Under the pieces are notes generated by a model. It ran no database searches and was not told the origin of the DNA. It was given only the letters and a program-made list of their open reading frames with translations. From the NCBI GenBank assembly GCA_964494105.1, contig CAZBQI010000004.1:15810-79809 (forward strand): 64,000 nucleotides of DNA. The letters run 5' to 3'. This DNA is from an uncultured Candidatus Saccharibacteria bacterium. GTDB taxonomy: Bacteria; Patescibacteriota; Saccharimonadia; CAZBQI01. Position numbers and translations under genes: made by a program. Every line of letters begins with the position of its first letter. Position 1 is the first letter of the stretch. Below are positions 48,299 to 58,289 of the stretch, in pieces.

Positions 48299-48422
48299 GT
48301 CAGTAAGCGAAGCGGCCTGGAAAGGGAATCGAGATACATTAAATATAAATTACTAGTAAAGTTATACTAGTAAAATAGAAAGTCCTAGAGTTTCTTAGCT
48401 TTTTACAGTGGCGTGGTAGAAT

Positions 48423-48800
48423 ATGCTTATGTTATTTTTTGCCTGGCTTAGCTGGTGGTATACCGCTGGCTGGCTCGAGTGTTTAAAGCGAGTCGAGAAC
48501 GCAGTAAGAGGTGTACTGAAATCATTTTCGGTAAATACACTCCTGCGTACTTTGTTCGCGCCGTGGAAACAAATTGTCGCTATCAAGGATCCAAACGAGA
48601 ATATACAGATGAAGATTAGAGGGTTTTTCGACACCTTGGTCTCAAGAACGGTTGGTTTCTTTGTCAGAATAATAACTCTGGTGACGGCCAGTGTCATGAT
48701 TCTGCTCTACACTGCTTTAGGAATTGCGCTGCTGGTCATTTGGCCTCTACTCCCAGTTAGTGTACCTGCGCTTATCGCGAAAGGCTTTGGGCTATGGTAG
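48423..48800 (+). CDS. Hypothetical membrane protein
   Basis: 125 aa with several hydrophobic helices and a -10-like TGGTAGAAT upstream. Confidence 0.45.
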   Translation: MLMLFFAWLSWWYTAGWLECLKRVENAVRGVLKSFSVNTLLRTLFAPWKQIVAIKDPNENIQMKIRGFFDTLVSRTVGFFVRIITLVTASVMILLYTALGIALLVIWPLLPVSVPALIAKGFGLW

Positions 48801-48857
48801 GTGCCAGTCTTGATTATCAAATGAAGTTACATAATTCGTTATACAGAGGCAAAGAAC

Positions 48858-51341
48858 ATGTCTAGTGGGGTAAATCCAGTGGGGCAGCTAAGTTTCAATA
48901 CTGCAAGCGTACAGGTAAAGAAGGCCCGTTTAGCCAAACTTCTAAGTGCATGGTTGGGTTCAGCAATTCTACTTATGGCAGCTTTGTTTATCGCAGGCGG
49001 TATCGGACTGGTTGTTACTCAGGTTTCATCGGGGTATTGGTTGATTAGCGTTGGCGTAGTTCTATTGATGATAGGAATTTGGAATAAATGGGCACTTCAA
49101 ACATTGCAGGGTGATATTTCAAAAAGTGATACGGGTAAACTAGAGCTGATATTGGCTCCAGACGCTTTAACAATTCTTGAGTGGCCAGATAACCCCAGGC
49201 AAATGTGGATAAAATTACAACAGGATTGGCAGTCATTATTCTTTTTGGTGCGTTTTGGGTTGGATCCAAACTTTTTTGAGCAGAATTTAAGTAATAAGCC
49301 AGAAGACATGCAACCGATATTGGCTCAAGCAGTTCAAATTAGTAAAGATCTTAACCAGCCACAGGTTGGTACGGGTGCGATAGTAGCCGCCCTTATGGCA
49401 AACACACCACAACTAGATCAATACTTAGCCCAAATTCATCTTGGTCGTGAAGATATTATTAGTGGTTTGCGTTGGCTCTTTAGGGTTATTCGTATTATTG
49501 ATAACTCAAAAAAGAAAAAATATTTCGGAGGACTTGCTCGAGATTGGACGGCAGGTTACACGCCCACCCTAAATAATGTTGGTCGTAATCTAACTGCCGA
49601 AGTTCAGTCAGGGGCTGCTTATCACGGCGAAACTAATATTCGCGAAAATATTATCGATGAAATGATCAACGTACTGGGCCAGCCCGGGCGCAGCAGTGTT
49701 GCTTTGATAGGCGAAGATGGCATAGGCAAGACACTCACGGTTTTTTCTCTAGCTGAACGATTACTTAAAGGGGAAAGTAAGCGTTTGCAGTATCAACAGG
49801 TCGTCATGCTCGATGCTTCAGCTTTGCTGGCTAGCGCCCAAGGACAGGGCCAACTTGAACAGTTATTGTTGCAGGTTATTAGCGAGGCGATACATGCCAA
49901 GAATATTATTCTGTTTCTTGACGAGGCACAGTTGTTTTTCTCAGAGGGGACTGGTGCGCTAGACCTATCAAATGTATTGCTGCCGGTATTACAATCCAAC
50001 TCACTGCGCATGATTTTAGCCATGAACCCACAGCACTGGCAAAAGATTACGGCCAACAGTTCGTCACTAACCAATCTAATCGCTTACCAGGCTATTAAAG
50101 AGCCCTCAGAATCTGAAACTATTCAAATGCTTCAAGATGAAACACTACTGCTAGAGTATCGAGCTAATCAAACAGATAAAGTTCGCATTACATATCAAGC
50201 ACTGCAGGCTGCTTATAAGTTATCCGGTCGCTATGTTCAGGACCTCGCGTACCCGGGGCGGGCAATTGAGCTAGTAAAGAGCTCATTGAGCCATGCCACT
50301 ATGGGCTTGGTAACAGCCGATTCTGTCGCCAAGGCAGTTGAGGCGACATACGGAGTAAAAGTTGGCCAAGCAGAAGGCGAAGAGAGCGAAAAACTTCTTA
50401 ATCTTGAAGAAGAGCTACACAGACGCATGATAAACCAAACACGGGCGGTCAAGGTGGTTTCAGATGCCTTGCGACGGGCGCGGGCAGGAGTATCTAACCA
50501 GAATCGTCCGGTTGGTACATTCCTATTCCTGGGGCCAACTGGTGTCGGAAAAACCGAACTCACAAAAGCGTTGGCAGATGTCTATTTTGGCGGTAGAGAC
50601 AGGATGGTTCGAGTTGATATGAGCGAATACTCTCAAGACAGCGATGTTACCAGGCTTCTAGATGGCGGGAGTAGAAATACTAATTCAACTTTCTTAGGCG
50701 AAGTGCGTTTACAGCCGTTTTCGGTTGTTTTGTTCGATGAAATCGAAAAAGCGCACCCGGACGTACTGAACCTTTTTTTGCAGTTGCTTGACGAAGGTCA
50801 GCTAACAGATACTCAGGGCCGAAAAGTCTCCTTTAAAGATAGTATTATTATTTCAACCTCCAATGCGGGAGCGGACTCGATTCGTGCACAAATAGAAGCC
50901 GGTAGGCAGCTAGAGCAGTTTGAAAAGCCATTTATTGATGAATTGATAAATTCTGGTCAATTCCGACCGGAATTCTTAAACCGCTTTGATGAAATTGTTT
51001 TGTTTCGACCATTAACACCAGAAGAATTACGAGAAGTTGTCAAGCTACTATTGGCAGATGTTAACAAAACGATTTCAGATAAGCGAGTTGTATTAGAGCT
51101 GACACCGGCTGCTGTAGATATTCTCGTGAACAAGGGCTACGATCCGCGGCTAGGTGCAAGACCAATGCGCCGGATGATGCAGCAAAGCGTAGAGAATGTA
51201 GTAGCTAGACGCTTGCTTACCGGTGCAATTACACCGGGCGAGAAGGTTTTACTTGATGTTGCTGATCTAGAGGTAGAGCAAACAGCGCCTGATGCACCAC
51301 CGCCACCGATACCAAATGTTCCGACTAGTAATAAACCGTAA
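48858..51341 (+). CDS. Membrane-anchored double-AAA+ Clp/Hsp100-family ATPase (ClpC-like)
   Basis: Two N-terminal TM helices, a Clp_N-like repeat (LNQPQVGTGAIVAALMAN), AAA-1 (GEDGIGKT), AAA-2 (FLGPTGVGKTELTKALA, sensor-2 GARP), and a Pro-rich tail. No middle-domain coiled coil is evident. Confidence 0.75.
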   Translation: MSSGVNPVGQLSFNTASVQVKKARLAKLLSAWLGSAILLMAALFIAGGIGLVVTQVSSGYWLISVGVVLLMIGIWNKWALQTLQGDISKSDTGKLELILAPDALTILEWPDNPRQMWIKLQQDWQSLFFLVRFGLDPNFFEQNLSNKPEDMQPILAQAVQISKDLNQPQVGTGAIVAALMANTPQLDQYLAQIHLGREDIISGLRWLFRVIRIIDNSKKKKYFGGLARDWTAGYTPTLNNVGRNLTAEVQSGAAYHGETNIRENIIDEMINVLGQPGRSSVALIGEDGIGKTLTVFSLAERLLKGESKRLQYQQVVMLDASALLASAQGQGQLEQLLLQVISEAIHAKNIILFLDEAQLFFSEGTGALDLSNVLLPVLQSNSLRMILAMNPQHWQKITANSSSLTNLIAYQAIKEPSESETIQMLQDETLLLEYRANQTDKVRITYQALQAAYKLSGRYVQDLAYPGRAIELVKSSLSHATMGLVTADSVAKAVEATYGVKVGQAEGEESEKLLNLEEELHRRMINQTRAVKVVSDALRRARAGVSNQNRPVGTFLFLGPTGVGKTELTKALADVYFGGRDRMVRVDMSEYSQDSDVTRLLDGGSRNTNSTFLGEVRLQPFSVVLFDEIEKAHPDVLNLFLQLLDEGQLTDTQGRKVSFKDSIIISTSNAGADSIRAQIEAGRQLEQFEKPFIDELINSGQFRPEFLNRFDEIVLFRPLTPEELREVVKLLLADVNKTISDKRVVLELTPAAVDILVNKGYDPRLGARPMRRMMQQSVENVVARRLLTGAITPGEKVLLDVADLEVEQTAPDAPPPPIPNVPTSNKP

Positions 51342-51363
51342 TGTTACTTAGACTTTAAAGACA

Positions 51364-52434
51364 ATGGATGTAGCCCTAATAATAATTATAGTTTTTCTGC
51401 TTGCAGCGTTAATATTTATCGCGACGCGCCAAAATCAAAAACCCGAACTAGACAAAGCCCTGAACCAGCTATTAGAAAAAAGCGAAGAGCAGCGCCTAAA
51501 GAATAAAGATGAGGTAAATGGCTCGGTTAAAGACATGCTAGAGAATAATCAGAAACAAGTTGATCTAATTGTACGACAATTGCGAGAACAGTTGAAAGAT
51601 AGCCAAGGAGACGTAAAGTCACTTAAAGAGCAGGGCGCAGCATTGCACCAGGCGGTTGCTGATACTCATAAAGTAACTGAAGATTTACGCACTTCAACCG
51701 AAGGTTTGCGGAGCTTACTTTCAAATAATCGCCTTCGAGGCGAATGGGGTGAGCAAGTGGCTGAGGAGTTGTTAGTTTCCTCAGGGTTTGTGCTTAACAA
51801 AACATACACTAAACAAAGCAATACAAAAGAAGGCCGACCGGATTACACAGTACTTATGCCGGATGGGACCAAGCTTAATGTTGATGTAAAATTTCCTTAC
51901 GATGGTTTAGTCGAGTACCAAGAGGCCAAAACAAATACCGAGAAAAAGACAGCCCTCAAAAAATTTGAGAATGCCATTAAGAACAAGGTTAAGGAGATTA
52001 CCACTAAGGACTACATTAACCCAGAGGACCAGACTATGGATTTCGTGGTGATGTTTATTCCTAACGAGATGATATTTAGTTTTATTTACGAAAAACTGCC
52101 GGTAATAAATGATTACTGCTCACAGAGGAAAGTGGTGATGGCTGGACCATTCGGCTTTACGGCACTACTGCGAATTATATTTGCCGCCTATAAGAACTTT
52201 CAGTACGAGAGGGGCTTACAGGATATTTTGGGTCTAATTGAGAAGTTTCAGAGTGAGTATGAGAAATTTGGCGATAGCATGACTCGCTTAGGTGCTCAAA
52301 TTGAAACCACGCGTAAAACGTTTGGCGAAGTTGAAACAACTCGCCATCGCCAATTGACCAGAGTTGTTGATAAAATAGGTGAGTATTCAAAGAACGAACA
52401 GCAGTTACTCGACAAACCTAAGGAGGATAGGTAA
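51364..52434 (+). CDS. rmuC: DNA recombination protein RmuC
   Basis: N-terminal TM helix, a long coiled coil, and the C-terminal RmuC nuclease-like domain (NVDVKFPYD...FVVMFIPNE). Confidence 0.8.
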   Translation: MDVALIIIIVFLLAALIFIATRQNQKPELDKALNQLLEKSEEQRLKNKDEVNGSVKDMLENNQKQVDLIVRQLREQLKDSQGDVKSLKEQGAALHQAVADTHKVTEDLRTSTEGLRSLLSNNRLRGEWGEQVAEELLVSSGFVLNKTYTKQSNTKEGRPDYTVLMPDGTKLNVDVKFPYDGLVEYQEAKTNTEKKTALKKFENAIKNKVKEITTKDYINPEDQTMDFVVMFIPNEMIFSFIYEKLPVINDYCSQRKVVMAGPFGFTALLRIIFAAYKNFQYERGLQDILGLIEKFQSEYEKFGDSMTRLGAQIETTRKTFGEVETTRHRQLTRVVDKIGEYSKNEQQLLDKPKEDR

Positions 52435-53423
52435 TGGCAAAAAGACGCGTCGTATCAGGTATTCAGCCGAGTGGCGATATTCATCTTGGGAATTATTTAG
52501 GGGCAATTAAGCGCTGGGTGGCAGAACAAGATGAAAAAGAGAACTTCTATTTTATCGCCAACCTGCATGCACTTACTACGAAAAGCAATATTCGTGACCT
52601 GCGAGATAACACTCACAAAACTCTTTCGTGGCTACTTGCGACAGGACTTAAGACCAGTAAATCAACCTTATACGTTCAATCTCAAATACCTGAGCACTCT
52701 GAACTTTGCTGGATATTAAACAACTTTGTCACTATGGGGGAGTTGTCAAGAATGACTCAATTCAAGGACAAGAACAAACGCCTTGGTGCAGATGGTCAGC
52801 TAGTGGGATTGTTTGATTACCCGGTTTTGCAAGTTGCCGATGTGCTTCTTTATGATGCAGATGAGGTACCTGTTGGTAGAGATCAAAAACAACATGTAGA
52901 ACTAATGAGAAATATTGCTGCGCGATTCAATAAGCAGTACGGTGAGGTCTTTAAGCTACCAAAACCCGATATTCAAGAAGTTAGTGCATCAATAATGAAC
53001 CTCAAGGATCCCGCCAAGAAGATGAGCAAGAGCGATTTTGATCAGGGCGGAGTAGTATCTCTTGCCGATGACGAAGAGGCGATAAGAACGAAGATTCGCA
53101 AAGCAGTTACCGATACGGGAAACACTATAAAAGTTGCAGAGGATAAGCCTGCCATTTCAAATCTTATGAGGATTTTCGCGCTCTTAGGTAACTACAGTGT
53201 GTCCGAGGTAGAGTCTCGGTATGCGGGCAAAAGCTATGCAGAATTTAAAAATGATTTGGCTGAACTCACAGTAGAAGTGATAAGACCTATAAGGGCAAGG
53301 TATAACGAGTACATGACTAATACGGCTGCACTAGACAAAGAAATTGTAACGACACAAAAAGCTGCTCAAGGCATCGCCACTAAGAAGATGACGCAAGTAA
53401 AGGCAGTGCTCGGCCTAGCCTAA
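52434..53423 (+). CDS. trpS: Tryptophanyl-tRNA synthetase
   Basis: Class I motifs (GIQPSGDIHLGNYLG, KMSKS). Confidence 0.9.
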   Translation: MAKRRVVSGIQPSGDIHLGNYLGAIKRWVAEQDEKENFYFIANLHALTTKSNIRDLRDNTHKTLSWLLATGLKTSKSTLYVQSQIPEHSELCWILNNFVTMGELSRMTQFKDKNKRLGADGQLVGLFDYPVLQVADVLLYDADEVPVGRDQKQHVELMRNIAARFNKQYGEVFKLPKPDIQEVSASIMNLKDPAKKMSKSDFDQGGVVSLADDEEAIRTKIRKAVTDTGNTIKVAEDKPAISNLMRIFALLGNYSVSEVESRYAGKSYAEFKNDLAELTVEVIRPIRARYNEYMTNTAALDKEIVTTQKAAQGIATKKMTQVKAVLGLA

Positions 53424-53539
53424 CACCTTAAGTGTTGTAATATTTATAACATAAGCGTATTGACTTACGTTAAAGCTTATGCTAAGTTAGAACTTGTAAG
53501 CATAAGTTATTACAACTTACAAAAACAAAAATCTTATCT

Positions 53540-53806
53540 TACATTTTTGGGGTGTGGCAGACTTGAGCTGAACTATTTACCTGCATGTGTAGTAGGCGAG
53601 GTTCAACTTTGGTTTGCCTTACCGCAAGGTAAGGTACTCGATAAGAATCCACGTGGTCGTTTTGCTGCTGCCGCGCGGAGTCTTCAGCGGTGAAACGACA
53701 AGCGCTATTCAATTGATTATTTGGGCGGATTTGTCGTTTTGCCACCTAGTACTTAAACTAACTCTCCCAAGGAAAAGCTATTGCTCTATTCTTGGGAGAG
53801 TTTTTA
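53540..53806 (+). ncRNA. Candidate structured leader or small RNA ending in an intrinsic terminator (CTCTCCCAAG...CTTGGGAGAG + T5)
   Basis: No ORF. It contains a GNRA-capped hairpin (CCTTACC-GCAA-GGTAAGG), a long-range pairing AAACGACAA/TTGTCGTTT, and a 10-bp terminator stem at 53763-53801. It shares the 10-mer GGGGTGTGGC with the tRNA-Pro loci. It lies upstream of a membrane-protein ORF and pheST. Confidence 0.3.
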
Positions 53807-53839
53807 TTTGGTCATGGTATTTATGGCATACTAGTTTAT

Positions 53840-54217
53840 ATGAGAAAATTCTCTGAATTCACAATACATAGCATAGTTGGGCTGACGGTATTGATAGGCG
53901 CTTTGTTAGGGGTAAGCCTGTTTATTTCTAATCCTGATCGCCTAGGTCCATTCGGTATAACTCTATGGCTTGTGGGATTCTGGTTGTTTTTGAGCGGACT
54001 TTTTGGTTTGATTCGTTTGGGTTTGGGGTATGTTTTACGTTTCAAGCAAAAGGGCTCACGTGCGACAAGTTTTCGTCAGGGGGCATTAGTTGCTGCTTGG
54101 GCAGTCTCTTTACTGGCCTTTCAGAGCTTAGGACAGCTGGGAGCAAAAGACGTTGTACTGGTGAGTATACTGGTGTTGCTCGTAGAGTTCTATGTACGCC
54201 GAACTTCGGCAAGCTAG
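53840..54217 (+). CDS. Hypothetical small membrane protein
   Basis: Start set at the in-frame ATG at 53840 (MRKFSEF...). The ORF-track start at 53792 is a TTG inside the terminator stem. Three to four TM helices. Confidence 0.45.
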   Translation: MRKFSEFTIHSIVGLTVLIGALLGVSLFISNPDRLGPFGITLWLVGFWLFLSGLFGLIRLGLGYVLRFKQKGSRATSFRQGALVAAWAVSLLAFQSLGQLGAKDVVLVSILVLLVEFYVRRTSAS

Positions 54218-54248
54218 GCGGTCTCTCTCGTGTATAATGTCAATAAAT

Positions 54249-55280
54249 ATGAGTTACAGCCACAAGATAATCGCCGACACCTTTAGCAAACTTAAAATAC
54301 AGCTGGAAAGAAACCCGGGAGCTAACCCCTTGCGTGCTCCAGAATTCAAGGCTCTAGCGGCCATGATCCCAAAACTACCATCTGATCAGCGAGCGAGCTT
54401 CGGCAAAGAGCTCAATCAGTTAAAGGCCGAAATTGAAGAAATTGTCTTGGTTAACGATAATAGTCAAGAAGATCTTGAACCCATCGATATTACAGCTCCT
54501 TTTGACGTAAATACACCAATAAATAAGCGTCCCGGTTTGCTAAATAGCGCCACAGGTAGTAGGCATCCGCTGATGAGCGAAATTGAATTAATATCTGATA
54601 TCTTTGCGCGGATGGGATTTGTGTCTGAGGAGTCTCGCTGGCTGGATGACGAGCATCATATGTTTGATACGCTCAATTTTCCCACAGGACACCCCGCTAG
54701 GTATGAATACGATACCTTCACTACCATAGATGGCCTGCTAGCGCCGGCACACACCAGTACTATGCAGAACCGCATGCTTAAGAAGTATAAACCTAATCTG
54801 GTGGACGGTAAGCCAATAGCCGTACTTATACCAGACCGCGTATATCGCAATGAGGATGTTGATGCTCGGCACGATCACACCTTCTATCAGTACGAGGGGA
54901 TTTATGTAGACAAAGGGGTAAATGCCGGCATGCTGATTGCCACACTTAAAGCGTTTTTTCAGGAATATTATGGCAAAGAGCTAAACGTTCGAATTCAACC
55001 GTTTTATTTTCCTTTTACTGAGCCGAGTTTCGAATTTATTAGTAGTTGTGTTTTCTGTAATCAAAAAGGCTGTAGCATCTGTAGTCACACTGGCTGGATT
55101 GAGCTTGGGGGCTGCGGGATGATTCACCCGAACGTTCTTAAAATGGGTGGTATTGATCCGGAAAAATATACTGGCTTTGCTTGGGGCTTTGGGGTAGATA
55201 GAACTGTAATGTTGAAACACGGCATAGAAGATGTCAGGCATTTTGAGAGTGGTAGACTAGATTTCCTGAGGCAGTTTTAA
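54249..55280 (+). CDS. pheS: Phenylalanyl-tRNA synthetase alpha subunit
   Basis: Class II motifs (FRNEDVDARH, GFAWGFGVDR). The start is taken at the ATG at 54249, preceded by TATAAT at 54232-54237. Confidence 0.9.
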   Translation: MSYSHKIIADTFSKLKIQLERNPGANPLRAPEFKALAAMIPKLPSDQRASFGKELNQLKAEIEEIVLVNDNSQEDLEPIDITAPFDVNTPINKRPGLLNSATGSRHPLMSEIELISDIFARMGFVSEESRWLDDEHHMFDTLNFPTGHPARYEYDTFTTIDGLLAPAHTSTMQNRMLKKYKPNLVDGKPIAVLIPDRVYRNEDVDARHDHTFYQYEGIYVDKGVNAGMLIATLKAFFQEYYGKELNVRIQPFYFPFTEPSFEFISSCVFCNQKGCSICSHTGWIELGGCGMIHPNVLKMGGIDPEKYTGFAWGFGVDRTVMLKHGIEDVRHFESGRLDFLRQF

Positions 55281-57778
55281 TGAAGATCTCGGTTAATTGG
55301 ATAAAACAATTCACAGATATTAATGGTACGGTTGATGAGCTTGTTGAAAGAATTGGCAAACAGCTTGGTGAGGTTGAACGGGTAATAGATCTTGGTGAGC
55401 GCTATCAGGGAGTAGTGGTTGCCAAAGTTGTGACGTGCGAGAAACATCCGGATGCCGATAAGCTGAGTATATGTATGATTGACGATGGTGGTGCAACAAA
55501 GACAGTGGAGCGCAACCAGCAAGGTTTGGTGCAGGTTGTCTGCGGGGCGCCAAATGTTAAAGCAGGCCTACTGGTTGCTTGGATTCCGCCCGGAGCAATT
55601 GTACCAAGCAGCTATGATGAAGAGCAGTTTAAATTAGAGGTACGCCCACTGCGCGGTGTTAATAGTAACGGCATGCTAGCTAGTAGTAGTGAGTTAGCTA
55701 TAAGCGATGATCACGACGGTATATTGGAGATTGATAAACCGGCAAAACCCGGGGATTCATTTGCAAAACTGTACGAGCTAGACGACTACATTATAGAGAT
55801 AGAGAACAAAATGTTCACCCATAGACCGGATTGCTTTGGTATCTTGGGTGTTGCGCGTGAGATTGCCGGGATAGAAAACATTTCATTTACATCTCCTGAT
55901 TGGTACCAAGAGGCATTGCCAGTAAAGATATCCACTGAACATACTTTGAGTGTAAATGTTGTGAATGAAATTCCTGACTTGGTTAGGCGGTTTATGGTTG
56001 TCCCGATGAGTAACATTGCTATTAAGAATTCACCCATTATTATGCAGAGCTATCTGCGTCGGCTTGGTATGAAATCTGTAAATAATGTTGTAGATATTAC
56101 AAACTTTGTGATGCTACTAACTGGTCAGCCGCTTCATGCGTTTGATTATGACAAGGCAGCTGCTCTAGATGGCTCCGCATCAGCCACCTTAGTGGTTCGT
56201 CATCCTAAAAAAGCCGAAAAAATTAGTTTGTTGAACGGCAAAACCATAGAGCCGCATGAAGACGCCATTATGATAGCCACGAAAACACACTTGGTTGGTG
56301 TGGGTGGTGTTATGGGCGGAACCGACATAGAGATTGATACCAGCACTAAGAACATTATCCTCGAGGTAGCTAATTTTGATATGTATTCTGTGCGCAAGAG
56401 TAGTATGGTGCATGGCTTATTTACCGATGCGGTAACTCGCTTTAGCAAAGGACAATCACCATTGCAGAACGAACAGGTCTTAGCCTATTCAGCCAAGATG
56501 CTGGGTGAATTAGGCGGGGCACAAGTAGCCGGCGATATTATTGATAACCATAAAAATCTACCACTGCCTGCGACAGTACAGGTGAGAGTGGAATTTATAA
56601 ATAGCCGACTAGGACTTAAGCTAACTGAATTAGAAATCAAGAAGCTGCTTGAGAATGTTGAGTTTAAGGTTGCCGTTGATGACGACCTTCTAAAAATTGC
56701 CGTGCCATTTTGGCGAATGGATATTGAGATACCCGAAGATGTAGTCGAAGAGGTAGGGCGTCTATATGGCTATGACAAGTTAGCGCCGTGGCTTCCAATG
56801 CGCGATTTAACACCGGCGCCACGGGGTCAGCTACTCGAACTTAAGAGCAGAGTTCGTAGTATCTTAGCGCAGTCAGGGGCTAATGAATTGTTAACCCATA
56901 GTTTTGTGCATGGTGATTTGTTTGAGAAGACCGGTCAAAATAAAGATGAAGCCTATCAGTTAAACAATGCTCTTAGCCCGGATCTGCAATATTATCGATT
57001 AACTTTGACTCCCAGTCTTCTAAGCAAAGTGCACCTAAATATTAAGGCTAATTTTGATGAATTCGCGTTATTTGAAATTAGCAAAACTCACGATAAAACC
57101 CATCTTGAAAAGTCTGGAAAGTTGCCAGAGGAAATGCAAAAGGTGGCATTTGTTTATTCGAGTAATGGTAAAGAATTCAACGGCGCACCATACTACCAGG
57201 CAAAGGCAATACTAGATTTTTTGGGCAAGAAGCTAGGACTTGAATTAGAATATACTGCAGTTACTGATGAAACAACAAACAACTTAACTGCTCCGTTTAA
57301 CATTGATCGATCGGCCTACGTAACTGACAAAAAAAGCGGGACTTTTTTGGGTATTATTGGCGAGTACAGGGCTAGCGTCAGGAAGGCTTTAAAACTACCG
57401 CGCCAGATTGCTGGATTTGAGATCGGTACAGAAGGCTTGATGAGTGCAATAGATGGCTCCAGTAGGTATCGCGTATTATCACGCTTCCCAAGCACTCACC
57501 AGGACATTAGTTTTAAATTGGCGTCGTCGGTTACTTACAAAGAGTTAGCAGACGTTATTTTAGCAACTCTTAATACAGCCAGGGAGAGCAAGCAGTATGA
57601 CTTTAGGCTATCAGCGCTAGATATTTACAGAAACGAAAGCAACCAAAGCCATAAACATATAGCTTTCCATGTTGAGCTTTCGCATCCAGAAAGGACGCTG
57701 GTTACTGACGAGATGAATGAGTTGCTAGCGACGATTGCTCATAATGCTAGTCAAGTGCTCAAAGCAGAGCGCCTATAA
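55280..57778 (+). CDS. pheT: Phenylalanyl-tRNA synthetase beta subunit
   Basis: tRNA-binding (EMAP-like) N-domain, B3/B4, B5 and C-terminal domains. Overlaps pheS by 1 nt. Confidence 0.9.
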   Translation: MKISVNWIKQFTDINGTVDELVERIGKQLGEVERVIDLGERYQGVVVAKVVTCEKHPDADKLSICMIDDGGATKTVERNQQGLVQVVCGAPNVKAGLLVAWIPPGAIVPSSYDEEQFKLEVRPLRGVNSNGMLASSSELAISDDHDGILEIDKPAKPGDSFAKLYELDDYIIEIENKMFTHRPDCFGILGVAREIAGIENISFTSPDWYQEALPVKISTEHTLSVNVVNEIPDLVRRFMVVPMSNIAIKNSPIIMQSYLRRLGMKSVNNVVDITNFVMLLTGQPLHAFDYDKAAALDGSASATLVVRHPKKAEKISLLNGKTIEPHEDAIMIATKTHLVGVGGVMGGTDIEIDTSTKNIILEVANFDMYSVRKSSMVHGLFTDAVTRFSKGQSPLQNEQVLAYSAKMLGELGGAQVAGDIIDNHKNLPLPATVQVRVEFINSRLGLKLTELEIKKLLENVEFKVAVDDDLLKIAVPFWRMDIEIPEDVVEEVGRLYGYDKLAPWLPMRDLTPAPRGQLLELKSRVRSILAQSGANELLTHSFVHGDLFEKTGQNKDEAYQLNNALSPDLQYYRLTLTPSLLSKVHLNIKANFDEFALFEISKTHDKTHLEKSGKLPEEMQKVAFVYSSNGKEFNGAPYYQAKAILDFLGKKLGLELEYTAVTDETTNNLTAPFNIDRSAYVTDKKSGTFLGIIGEYRASVRKALKLPRQIAGFEIGTEGLMSAIDGSSRYRVLSRFPSTHQDISFKLASSVTYKELADVILATLNTARESKQYDFRLSALDIYRNESNQSHKHIAFHVELSHPERTLVTDEMNELLATIAHNASQVLKAERL

Positions 57779-57831
57779 TCAGATATAAAACAGCGTACAA
57801 ACCGCAACCACTTTGGTATACTAAATAGCAG

Positions 57832-58281
57832 ATGGATCAACCAGAAGGCAGTCCCAATTTCATTCCTGTACCTGCTCCTGTGGAGAGTGCTGAACCCACG
57901 TCGGAACAATCAATTCCCAATCAGGCAGAGGCTGCTAGTGCCCCAGAGGTATCCGCCAATAAGCAAGTAGAGAAGTCCCCCGAGCGGGGAGCGAATATCA
58001 ATCAGAAACAGGCGGGCGTCGGTAGTGGAGTCAGTCTACCGGCGGTTCAGGCACCTGTAGTGCAGCCAACATCTCAACAAGCAGATGATGATAACGACGA
58101 CACCCCATTAATAGCTGACGATGTAGATGTTATTGAAATGGAATGGGTTAATAAAGCTAAGGAGATAATCAAGAACACCCGTAAGGACCCCCATGCTCAA
58201 GAACAAGCTGTTGAAAAACTCCAGATAGATTACTTGAAAAAGCGATATGGCAAAGACGTAAAAAGCTCGCGCGGAAGCTAA
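57832..58281 (+). CDS. Hypothetical acidic protein (disordered N-half, helical C-half)
   Basis: ORF only. It sits immediately upstream of the T4CP-like ATPase, with an 8-nt gap. Confidence 0.35.
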   Translation: MDQPEGSPNFIPVPAPVESAEPTSEQSIPNQAEAASAPEVSANKQVEKSPERGANINQKQAGVGSGVSLPAVQAPVVQPTSQQADDDNDDTPLIADDVDVIEMEWVNKAKEIIKNTRKDPHAQEQAVEKLQIDYLKKRYGKDVKSSRGS

Positions 58282-58289
58282 ATCGTAAT

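Noticed and set aside
53424-53806. T-box riboswitch upstream of pheST (and at 15181-15562 upstream of thrS)
   Set aside because: The T-box sequence AGGGUGGNACCGCG is absent on the relevant strand in both leaders. The structures present do not match the Stem I / antiterminator arrangement.
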